Assembly (NCBI GenBank): GCA_040389905.1
Contig: JAZJZK010000025.1
Span: 38,051-102,050 of the forward strand
DNA length: 64,000 nt
Source: Gemmatimonadota bacterium
GTDB taxonomy: Bacteria > Gemmatimonadota > Gemmatimonadetes > Gemmatimonadales > Gemmatimonadaceae
Direction: 5' to 3'
Part shown: positions 30,041-38,389 of the stretch, one piece after another
Numbering within the stretch: the first letter of the stretch is position 1
Layout: each line of letters starts with the position of its first letter
The notes under the pieces: generated by a model
The model's input: the letters and a program-made list of their open reading frames with translations, nothing else
What the model was told of the DNA's origin: nothing
Database searches by the model: none
Made by a program: the position numbers and the translations under genes

Positions 30041-30147
30041 TTAATCGTACGTAGTTAATCGTACGCCGTTGATCGTACGCCCTTGATCGTACGCCCTTGA
30101 TCGTACGCCCTTGATCGTACGCCCTTGATCGTACGCCCTTGATCGTA
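30041..30147. repeat. 14-nt tandem repeat (TTGATCGTACGCCC)
   Basis: Five perfect copies 30069-30138, two degenerate copies before, one partial after. Confidence 0.95.
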
Positions 30148-30183
30148 GCAGGTACAAGCTGAGATGCGCCTTCGCCGCGTCCC

Positions 30184-32052
30184 TTAACGCTTGATCCCAT
30201 CCCCACGCGTAAAGAAGCCCGGCAGCGACACTGGTATGGTTCCCGTGATTCGCGCGCGACCCAGCGCAGCACGTGCGCCCGCGCGCTCGAGTGCATCGTT
30301 GACGCCGTACGTTACCAGGTACGTTCCCACAGACGGAAACTGACGGATCAGATACGGGTTGCCGAGCGACACGACGATCACGCGCTCCTTCGTCGCCAAC
30401 GTGTCGATCCATGCCGCAATGGGCGCCGGTATCGCGAAACGTCCTTCGCCTTCGATCCGCCGAACATACGTCGCGACGATGATGCGCTCCGCGCCTTGAG
30501 CGGCGAGGGCGATCGAGTCGAGCGTCGTCTGGGATGTGGACGGCCCGATCTTGAAGGCCCGTGCCTGCGGGTTTCCCTGTCGCAGCTCCGCCGCGAAGAT
30601 CTTGCCGGCGCGCAGTTCGGTTTCGGGCATGTACTGCACGAGCACCGTCCGGCCCCGCGGCGCGGGAATCAGCTTCGCCTGATCGCGTAACAGGGTGACG
30701 GCACGCGTCGCGATATCGGCCGCGAGTGCGCGATGTTCGGGCGAGCCAACGATGTCCCGCAGGCTGTCGAGCGGCGCGATTGGACGGAACGCGACGCCGG
30801 TGCGCGCCTTGTTCTCCAGCACACGACGCACGGCGGAATCGATTCGCGCCCGCGAAATCGCTCCGCGCTCCACCGCACGCACGACCGCGTCGATTGCTTT
30901 CGTCGGATTGGTTGGCTTGAGCAGCACGTCGGCACCGGATTGCACCGCGAGCACCGCGCTTTCCTCGTTCGTGTAACCCTTGCCGATACCCGCCATGCTC
31001 ATCGCGTCGGTAATCGCGAGGCCGGTGAAGTGCAGCTTGTCGCGCAACAATCCTGTGATGATCCGCGGTGCGAGCGTCGCCGGCGTCGTGCTGTCGCCTT
31101 GCACCGCTGGGAGCGCGATGTGCGCCGTCATCACCATCCCTGCCCCGGCGTCGATACCTGCCGCGAAGGGCACGAGCTCGACCGAATCCAGCCGCGCGGC
31201 GCTCGCCATCACGACCGGTAGTCCGGTGTGCGAATCGACGTCCGTGTCCCCGTGCCCCGGAAAGTGCTTGATGGTCGCGATCACGCCCGCGTCCTGCGAA
31301 CCCTTCACGAAGCCGGCGCTCAACCGCGCCACACGATGTGCGTCCTCGCCGAACGACCGCGTGTTGATCACCGGATTGGATGGGTTGTTGTTCACGTCGA
31401 CCACCGGTGCAAAGTTCATCAGGATCCCGACTGCCTTCGCTTCGCGGCCGATCGCGTTGCCGACGTCGTACGCGTCCTGGTCGCGCCCCGTCGCGGCAAT
31501 CGCCATTGCCGTCGGAAAGACCGTCGCGCCGCCGCCATCGAGCATGTAATGCGTGAAGATGCCGCCCTCGAGCCGTCCAAGGTTCGGCTCGAGATCAGCG
31601 CCGATCATGAGCGGAACCTTTGCGGCGCGCTGCATCGCGTTGATCTTCTCGGCCACTTCGATCGGCGAGCCGAGCGACATGGTGACGCCGCCGACATTGT
31701 CGTCACGAATCCAGTGCAGCACCTCGGCGAAACTCGTGTCCTGTGTGTTGCTGTAGTCGCCGAGCACCCAGACATTGACCATCTGGCCGACGCGCTCTCG
31801 CAGCGAGAGCGACGCGAGCGTGACCTCGACCCACGTGCGCTGCGCACTGGACAGGGGTACCCGCGGATCGATGTTGCCGCCCGGAACCGGTACCTGTCGC
31901 GGACGGGAAATCGGGAGCGGTTCGCGCTCGACGGCGCGCGCCGTCGAGACGACTGCGGGTGCGGCGTTCGGCGCGGGATCGACCTGCGACGTCGCACATG
32001 ACGCGACGAATGCGAGGACGAACAGTGGGCTGGGTGTCGTTGGACGAGTCAT
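30184..32052 (-). CDS. GH3 beta-N-acetylglucosaminidase-like lipoprotein
   Basis: ADLE, NFAPVVD, RSFGED, KHFPGHGDTDVDSH, ITDAMSM; lipobox VASC. Confidence 0.92.
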   Translation of the reverse strand: MTRPTTPSPLFVLAFVASCATSQVDPAPNAAPAVVSTARAVEREPLPISRPRQVPVPGGNIDPRVPLSSAQRTWVEVTLASLSLRERVGQMVNVWVLGDYSNTQDTSFAEVLHWIRDDNVGGVTMSLGSPIEVAEKINAMQRAAKVPLMIGADLEPNLGRLEGGIFTHYMLDGGGATVFPTAMAIAATGRDQDAYDVGNAIGREAKAVGILMNFAPVVDVNNNPSNPVINTRSFGEDAHRVARLSAGFVKGSQDAGVIATIKHFPGHGDTDVDSHTGLPVVMASAARLDSVELVPFAAGIDAGAGMVMTAHIALPAVQGDSTTPATLAPRIITGLLRDKLHFTGLAITDAMSMAGIGKGYTNEESAVLAVQSGADVLLKPTNPTKAIDAVVRAVERGAISRARIDSAVRRVLENKARTGVAFRPIAPLDSLRDIVGSPEHRALAADIATRAVTLLRDQAKLIPAPRGRTVLVQYMPETELRAGKIFAAELRQGNPQARAFKIGPSTSQTTLDSIALAAQGAERIIVATYVRRIEGEGRFAIPAPIAAWIDTLATKERVIVVSLGNPYLIRQFPSVGTYLVTYGVNDALERAGARAALGRARITGTIPVSLPGFFTRGDGIKR

Positions 32053-32231
32053 CACGCGTGCAGTGTCGCGTCGGGGAGGGGCGAAAGTCAATCATCGTCG
32101 CCACGGCTTGCGGAGTCTCGAACCGCACCCGATAGTGAAATTGTTGGGCTCACGACGGCCACATGCCGATACTGGGTGAGACCAGACGCAGCGGGAGTGC
32201 TCCCGCGGACCCAGCCCGGAATGGCAGCGAT

Positions 32232-35200
32232 ATGGCAACGCCCACCGCGCCACCTTTCATGTCGTCGCTCGCGCATCACGCCGCGGACCCGTTTCGACTG
32301 CTCGTCGAATCGGTCGTCGACTACGCGATCTACATGGTCGACCCGGCCGGCCTGATTGCGACATGGAACCCCGCGTCCGAGCGTATTTACGGCTACCGCG
32401 CCGATGAGATCATCGGACGATCGTTTGAACTCGTCGTGGTACCGGAAGAAATCGCCGAGGCGGACGCGGTTCGCCAGCGGGCCCTCGTGGAGGGACATGT
32501 CGACTTCGAGGGCCTGCGCGTCAGGAAGGATGGCTCGCGCTTCTGGGCGGTGGTGTCCGTCTCGAACCTGAAGGACTACTTCGGAAATCACGCCGGGTTC
32601 AGCGTCGTCACGCGGGACATCACGGAGCGAAAGAAGGCAGAGGAGGCCGTCCGCACCGAGCGCGATCTCTCTGCGGCAATGCTGGCGAGCCTTCCCGGCG
32701 TCTACTACATGTATGACGAAAGCGGCCGCTTTCTCCGCTGGAATCGTCTCTTCGAAGAGGTCACCGAGTATTCCGCGGAGGAGATCGCAACGTTGCACCC
32801 GCTCGACTTGTTTTCCGGCGCGGACAAACCCCGTGTCGCAGAACGGATCGAGACGGTTTTTCGCGACGGGCACGCCGAGGTCGAAGCCGAATTCATCTCG
32901 AAGTCTGGCCGGCAAACGCCGTATTTCTTCACCGGTGTGCGCGCCGTTATCGCGGGCCAGCCCTGTCTCCTCGGCATGGGGATCGATCTGAGCGCGCAGA
33001 AGAGGGCACACCAGGAGTTGCAGCGCACCGGAGATCTCTTGCGTGCGGTCGCGGAGGCGACGACGGACGCGATTTTCGTCAAGGACACCGAGAGCCGCTA
33101 TATGCTGCTCAATCCGGCCGCTGCCCAGTTCGTCGGCAAGGACGTCACCGAGATCCTGGGGCTCGACGACACGGCGCTGTTCGATGCGCATGACGCCAGA
33201 TCCGTGATCGAGCACGATCGCAGGGTGATGGACGCAAATCTGGTCGAGACGGCAGAGGAACGCCTCACGGCGGCCGGCGTCACCCGCACCTACCTGACGA
33301 CGAAAGCGCCCTATCGCGACGGCGCGGGGAACATCATCGGCGTCGTCGGCATCGCGCGCGATATCAGTGACCGCAAGCGAGTGGAAGAACGCCTCGAGCA
33401 GAATCGCGCCCTGCTGCGCATGGCAAGTCGCGTCGGACGGATGGGCGCGTGGTCCGTGGACCTCGCCACACTCCACGTCGCGTGGTCCGACGAACTGCTC
33501 GCCATACTCGAACTGCCGGCCGATCTGTCGCCGGACTTCGAATACGGAATCAACATCTACCTGCCGCAGTATCGTCAGCAGGTTCGCGATGCGTTCAACC
33601 GATGCGTTGGCGATGAAGTCCCGTTCGATCTTGAAGTGCAGTGCACGACCGCGTCGGGCCGAATCCTCTGGATCCGCATCATGGGTGAAGCGATCCGCAC
33701 TCCCGATGGTGTCGTCACCGGTGCATGCGGCGCATTCCAGGACATCTCGGATCGAAAGGATGCGGCGGAAGTCCTGCAGTTGCGCGATCGCGCCATCCAG
33801 GCGGTGTCACAAGGAATCCTCATCACCGATGCGCTCAAGGAGGACAACCCGATCATCTTCGCGAGCTCGGGTTTCGAACGACTGACCGGCTATCACGCAG
33901 CCGAAGTGCTGGGGCGCAATTCCACGTTACTGCGCGGGCCGGAATCGGATCGCGAAAGCGCCGATCAGATCGACGCGGCAGTCACCACCGGTGCCGGATG
34001 CCTGGTGGAGATTCTCAACTATCGCAAGGACGGCAGCCCGTTCCGAAATCAGTTGACGTTGTCTCCCGTCCTCGGCGCCGATGGCCATCTGACGCACTTC
34101 GTCGAAGTGCACACCGACGTCACGGAATTGCGGCGGCTCGAGGAGCAGTTCCGCCAAGCACAAAAAATGGAAGCCGTGGGGCAGCTCGCCGGTGGAGTCG
34201 CCCACGACTTCAACAACATGCTGACGGTCATCCAGGGGTACACCGAGCTGGCGCTCGCCAGCATTACCCCGAACGACCCGTTGCGGGAGTTGCTCGCCGA
34301 GATCTACAAGGCGGGAGAGCGAGCCGGCGCGCTCACTCGGCAGCTTCTCGCGTTCAGCCGTCAGCAGGTACTCGCACCGCGCGTATTGAACCTGAACGAC
34401 GTGGTGCTCGACACCGAAAAGATGCTTCGCCGTCTCATCGGTGAAGACATCATCCTGGTGACGAAGCTCAGCCCCACGCTCGGCCAGGTCCGAGCCGATC
34501 CGGGACAGATCGAACAGGTATTGATGAACCTTGTGGTGAACGCGCGTGATGCCATGCCGACGGGCGGGAGCCTGACCATCGAGACGCAACTCGTCCGGCT
34601 CGACGAGTCATATTGTCGGCCGTACCCGGATCTCACGCCCGATGACTACGTAATGCTTGCGGTGAGCGACTCAGGAACGGGAATGGATGAGGCAACCCGC
34701 GCCCGGATCTTCGAGCCGTTCTTCACGACCAAGGGACATGGCCAGGGAACGGGTCTCGGGCTCGCCACCGTGCACGGCATCCTGAAGCAGTCACGCGGGC
34801 ACGTTTCCGTCTACAGTGAGGTGGGTCGCGGCTCCACTTTCAAGGTCTACCTGCCGCAGGTATCCGATGCCACGTCGCGAGCGCGAGCTGATGTTACATC
34901 GCTCGTAATACCAGCGGGAAACGAGACAGTGCTCCTTGTGGAGGACGACGAAGCCGTTCGCTCGCTGGCGACACTCGTCCTTCGCCGCTGCGGCTACCGT
35001 CTGCTTGTGGCGGCGAATGGCACCGATGCCATCCGTTTGGCCCGGGAGGAAGAATCTATCGACCTGTTGCTGTCCGATGTCGTGATGCCGCATCTCGGAG
35101 GGCGAGAACTGGCAGAACAAATCCTGGCCATGCACCCACAGTGCATCCCGCTATTCATGTCCGGGTATACCGATGACGCGGTGATACGGCACGGCATCCT

Positions 35201-35300
35201 GGAAGCCGATTTTGCCTTCCTTCAGAAGCCGTTCACCCCGGCATCGCTGGCGCAGAAGGTACGAAGTGTGCTTGACCTCGCACCGGGCCGCACGCCCTGA
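32232..35300 (+). CDS. Multi-PAS hybrid histidine kinase (CckA-like) with a LOV-like PAS domain and C-terminal receiver
   Basis: Five PAS/PAC-like units, [36 protein letters not shown] (VEDD, SDVVMP, QKPF). Start approximate. Confidence 0.93.
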   Translation: MATPTAPPFMSSLAHHAADPFRLLVESVVDYAIYMVDPAGLIATWNPASERIYGYRADEIIGRSFELVVVPEEIAEADAVRQRALVEGHVDFEGLRVRKDGSRFWAVVSVSNLKDYFGNHAGFSVVTRDITERKKAEEAVRTERDLSAAMLASLPGVYYMYDESGRFLRWNRLFEEVTEYSAEEIATLHPLDLFSGADKPRVAERIETVFRDGHAEVEAEFISKSGRQTPYFFTGVRAVIAGQPCLLGMGIDLSAQKRAHQELQRTGDLLRAVAEATTDAIFVKDTESRYMLLNPAAAQFVGKDVTEILGLDDTALFDAHDARSVIEHDRRVMDANLVETAEERLTAAGVTRTYLTTKAPYRDGAGNIIGVVGIARDISDRKRVEERLEQNRALLRMASRVGRMGAWSVDLATLHVAWSDELLAILELPADLSPDFEYGINIYLPQYRQQVRDAFNRCVGDEVPFDLEVQCTTASGRILWIRIMGEAIRTPDGVVTGACGAFQDISDRKDAAEVLQLRDRAIQAVSQGILITDALKEDNPIIFASSGFERLTGYHAAEVLGRNSTLLRGPESDRESADQIDAAVTTGAGCLVEILNYRKDGSPFRNQLTLSPVLGADGHLTHFVEVHTDVTELRRLEEQFRQAQKMEAVGQLAGGVAHDFNNMLTVIQGYTELALASITPNDPLRELLAEIYKAGERAGALTRQLLAFSRQQVLAPRVLNLNDVVLDTEKMLRRLIGEDIILVTKLSPTLGQVRADPGQIEQVLMNLVVNARDAMPTGGSLTIETQLVRLDESYCRPYPDLTPDDYVMLAVSDSGTGMDEATRARIFEPFFTTKGHGQGTGLGLATVHGILKQSRGHVSVYSEVGRGSTFKVYLPQVSDATSRARADVTSLVIPAGNETVLLVEDDEAVRSLATLVLRRCGYRLLVAANGTDAIRLAREEESIDLLLSDVVMPHLGGRELAEQILAMHPQCIPLFMSGYTDDAVIRHGILEADFAFLQKPFTPASLAQKVRSVLDLAPGRTP

Positions 35301-35328
35301 TCCTCGCGCGCATCCTTGGGAGAACCAC

Positions 35329-35559
35329 CTGACGACACCACAGGCCAACAACCCGCTCCACGGCGTAACGCTCGAGATGGTTCTCGAACGACTCGTGGCG
35401 CACTACGGCTGGAAGTCGCTCGGCACGATTATCGACATCCGGTGCTTCAACAGCGACCCGAGCATCAAGTCGTCGCTCAAGTTTCTGCGCAAGACCCCAT
35501 GGGCGCGGACGAAGGTGGAGGCGCTGTACCTGCAGCTGATCACGGCAAGGCGCCCGTGA
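35329..35559 (+). CDS. DUF2132/VF530-family small protein
   Basis: [10 protein letters not shown]...YGW...[38 protein letters not shown] before CTG 35329. Confidence 0.88.
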   Translation: MTTPQANNPLHGVTLEMVLERLVAHYGWKSLGTIIDIRCFNSDPSIKSSLKFLRKTPWARTKVEALYLQLITARRP

Positions 35560-35577
35560 GTCGGTATGTCCGTTGTC

Positions 35578-35648
35578 CGCTCGTTTTGTCGCCTGCCTGC
35601 CCTCGAGGAGCGCAAGCGACGAAGGGAGCGCAGTGAAGGGCCCGCACC
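35578..35648. repeat. Expanded family A element, near-identical inverted copy of 29885-29955
   Basis: CGCTCGTTTTGTCGCCTGCCTGCCCTCGAGG...GAAGGGCCCGCACC. Confidence 0.85.
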
Positions 35649-35701
35649 ATATGTCCTCACGTGCCGGGCACTCCCGAACGCGTCGCGGGATATGTAGGAA
35701 T

Positions 35702-36952
35702 ATGACGCCCCCTCGACGCAGTCTGCGCGCAGCCTCTTTGACGCTCGTGTCGCGCATCGCGCTTTATCTGACGCTTGGCTGGGGTACGCTCGGCGTGCTC
35801 GCCGCTGGGCTCTTCCCCGGTTCGCTCGCCGGGCTCTTCGCATTCGCCCTCTACACGACACTCCCGCTTGCGGCGTTCATTCGCTGGCGCGGCTGGCCGT
35901 TTTACCCTCGCGCGGCATTTCGGCTGTTTGTCGTCCGTCCCTTCTGGTATACGCAGATGCTATTGCCCTTCGTGGCCGGTGTCGGGCTGCTCGGCATACT
36001 GGCCGGTGTGCCCCTCGGACGCGCGATCATGTTCGGGCGACTCGGCGCGGGAATCGCCCTCTCCGTATTGGGGACGATGTTGATCGCGGGGTACCTCGGT
36101 ACCAAGCGACTCGTCGTCCGGCGCGTTGACGTGGCCGTGCCGAATCTCGCCGCCGAGTTCGACGGACTCCGGATCGTGCAACTCTCCGACCTGCACGTGG
36201 GTCCGCACACGTCGCGCCGGTTCTTGAAGCGCGTCGTCGGCGCGACGACGGCGCTCGATCCCGATCTCATCGCCGTCACTGGTGATCTCATCGACGATCG
36301 ATCCGAGGACGTTGCGTCGTATGCGCGCGCCCTTGGTTCGTTATCGGCACCGCTCGGCGTGTACATGATCCCCGGCAACCACGACGTCTATGCGGGCTGG
36401 GATGACGTCGAGCGTGCGCTGCGTGACGCGAAGCTCGGCACGGTGCTCGTGAACGACGTGCGCGTTCTTACTCGTGGCCATGCGTCGATCGCGCTCGTGG
36501 GAACCGGCGACCCTGCTGGTGGACAGCGCGGCATGTCGCGGGCGGCGCCGGACGTCGAACTCGCGATGTCGCGCGTTCCGCACGGAGCGACCGTGATCGC
36601 GTTCGCGCACAACCCTGCCCTCTGGCCATCGCTCGCGGCGCGCGGCGTCGCGCTCACCTTGAGCGGTCACACGCACTACGGCCAGTTCGCGCTGCCACGA
36701 CTTGGATGGAGCCTCGCGTCGCCCTTCCTCCAGTACGCGATGGGTGCCCATACCGAGGACGATTCGACGCTGTACATCAGTCCCGGCACAGGGTACTGGG
36801 GCATTCCCTTTCGTCTCGGCGCGAATCCGGAGGTGACGCTGGTGACGCTTCGCGTCGGCGCGGCCGCTGTCGCGAAAGTGCATAAGCCGCGTACGGCTCG
36901 CTCGCTTGCGCTCGCTGGACAGGTGACGGCCCGCTCGCTCACGCTCGCTTGA
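35702..36952 (+). CDS. Membrane-anchored metallophosphoesterase (YkuE/YaeI-like)
   Basis: N-terminal TM helices; SDLH, GDLID, GNHD, AHNP, GHTH; AGGA RBS before ATG 35702. Confidence 0.92.
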   Translation: MTPPRRSLRAASLTLVSRIALYLTLGWGTLGVLAAGLFPGSLAGLFAFALYTTLPLAAFIRWRGWPFYPRAAFRLFVVRPFWYTQMLLPFVAGVGLLGILAGVPLGRAIMFGRLGAGIALSVLGTMLIAGYLGTKRLVVRRVDVAVPNLAAEFDGLRIVQLSDLHVGPHTSRRFLKRVVGATTALDPDLIAVTGDLIDDRSEDVASYARALGSLSAPLGVYMIPGNHDVYAGWDDVERALRDAKLGTVLVNDVRVLTRGHASIALVGTGDPAGGQRGMSRAAPDVELAMSRVPHGATVIAFAHNPALWPSLAARGVALTLSGHTHYGQFALPRLGWSLASPFLQYAMGAHTEDDSTLYISPGTGYWGIPFRLGANPEVTLVTLRVGAAAVAKVHKPRTARSLALAGQVTARSLTLA

Positions 36953-37055
36953 CGGAAACTGCGTGGTCTAGGTTTTCCATCCAGCGAGGTGCAACGCACC
37001 GAGCGAGCCGTCCAGCAAGCGAAGCGCAACGGGCCGTCAAGCGAGCGTCAGCGCG
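36896..37055. repeat. Family C GCGAGC-rich repeats (left flank of the TA islet)
   Basis: GCTCGCTCGCTTGCGCTCGCTGGAC...GACGGCCCGCTCGCT, plus oppositely oriented degenerate copies at ~37000-37055. Confidence 0.75.
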
Positions 37056-37140
37056 GGTACTGGACCAGTTTTCCCTGTGACAATCGCGCAAGAATCGAAC
37101 AAGTTTGCTATTCTGAAGTAGGCAATCTTGCGAGGCAAAT

Positions 37141-37311
37141 TTGAGACTCTATGCGTTCCAAGCTGATGAGATCACCGATCGCACGATTCGATATCTGATG
37201 GTAGATCTCGACGCCATTGTAGCTGCCCGCGAGGCACTGACGTTCGTGAATGCGACTGCGACATACGAACCATATTGGCAGGTATCGTTCTCAAACGTTC
37301 CGTTACGCTAA
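37141..37311 (+). CDS. Possible small hypothetical protein or gene remnant (56 aa)
   Basis: GAGG then TTG; MRLYAFQADEITDRTIRYLMVDLD...VPLR*. No family recognised. Confidence 0.25.
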   Translation: MRLYAFQADEITDRTIRYLMVDLDAIVAAREALTFVNATATYEPYWQVSFSNVPLR

Positions 37312-37358
37312 CGAAGCCAGCGTTCGATCGAATTCTTCTCGCGTGGAAAGGAGAATAG

Positions 37359-37496
37359 ATGGCAGAGAAGCCAGTGAAGCTCGCGAAATCGCCTTCCGTA
37401 CGGCGAGCGATGGCAACGGGCCGGTCGGGTCATCTGCGGACAGTCGAAGAAATGCTCGGATTACTGGACCCAGATCGGCCGCTACACTCTATGTGA
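37359..37496 (+). CDS. Small hypothetical protein (45 aa)
   Basis: Strong AAGGAG RBS at 37348-37353; MAEKPVKLAKSPSVRRAMATGRSGHLRTVEEMLGLLDPDRPLHSM*. Confidence 0.4.
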   Translation: MAEKPVKLAKSPSVRRAMATGRSGHLRTVEEMLGLLDPDRPLHSM

Positions 37497-37516
37497 CTGT
37501 TGACGTCCTTGAACAA

Positions 37517-37928
37517 TCATTCCTTCGCATCGAAGCTACCTTGCGGCATTTCCCTCATTAGGGCTGCAACCTCTCGTTTTCCAATATCTCCCCTCGCAAC
37601 GGCGATGGTCGCTTCGGCGAGGGACGTGACATTTTCCGGCAGCAAGAGATTGATGCCGTTTGCTCCGAGGAATACGAGAGCGGAACTATAGGCCGTGCGT
37701 TTGTTGGCATCTGTGAATGCATGAGCCTTGGCCACATGATACAGATAGACGGCGGCGAGATCGAAGAGATCTTACGTCGTCATTCGCATAGTGGAGTGAC
37801 TGCTGAGGAGCATGCAGAGCTGACTCAAGATACGCCGGATGCGGAAAGCCAGGCGAACCTTGCATGCGTACGACGCCATCGTGGATGCCAACAATATCGT
37901 CAAAGATCAACCAGTAAGGATCGTCCAA
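37517..37928 (-). pseudogene. doc: Doc (death-on-curing, Fic-family) toxin split by one extra base
   Basis: 5' frame IVGIHD...LESALHAPQQSLHY; 3' frame DLFDLAAVYLYHVAKAHAFTDANKRTA. Removing one base at 37772-37773 joins them. Confidence 0.85.
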
Positions 37929-37931
37929 GAC

Positions 37932-38108
37932 TTATTTGCCAGCAAGCCAATCGAGCGCCGGACGATGCTCTTTCAACACCCGTTCAGTGATCTTGGCAAC
38001 GGACTCGCGCTGCGAGATCTTCGCCGTCTCCGTACCCTTTGTCACCGTATTTTTGCGGTCGATCGTGCCGTCCTTTGGGGACGAGTTCCCCTGCAGATGC
38101 TTCTTCAT
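37932..38108 (-). CDS. Putative 58-aa antitoxin of the doc module
   Basis: Below the ORF-track cutoff. AGGA RBS; MKKHLQGNSSPKDG...VAKITERVLKEHRPALDWLAGK*, ending 3 nt before the doc start; C-terminal helix resembles Doc-partner antidotes. Confidence 0.7.
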   Translation of the reverse strand: MKKHLQGNSSPKDGTIDRKNTVTKGTETAKISQRESVAKITERVLKEHRPALDWLAGK

Positions 38109-38340
38109 GACGGTTTCCTGAGGCGTGAAGGGCTGTAGACCGGTGAATGTTGCACCGTATGGTAATCACTAACAAGTGCCCGTGGCCGTTCGGCTGACAA
38201 AACACGCTGTAGAAGGTACGCCTCGCAGCCCTCAGGAGTTCCATTTGCGCAAACGGCGCTGCGCATCTCTGCTCTCAGCAAGCTGCGGACAGAGCGGGCC
38301 TATCTCTTGGCTGTTACAATCAAAGGTGGCCCACTGCCTC

Positions 38341-38377
38341 AGCGAGCGGGCCGTCCAGCGAGCGCAAGCGAGCGAGC
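38341..38377. repeat. Family C repeat (right flank of the TA islet), inverted relative to 36896-36939
   Basis: AGCGAGCGGGCCGTCCAGCGAGCGCAAGCGAGCGAGC. Confidence 0.8.
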
Positions 38378-38389
38378 TATCTTGTACGC

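Noticed and set aside
30041..30147. CRISPR array
   Set aside because: Units are 14 nt, contiguous and have no spacers; no cas genes in the window.
29958..30412. ORFs with repeated RAYDQGRTIKGV peptides
   Set aside because: Translation of the 14-nt tandem repeat, overlapping the GH3 3' end.
37300..37345. Integron attC site after the micro-ORF (GCTAAC)
   Set aside because: No convincing RYYYAAC/GTTRRRY pair or stem, and no integrase.
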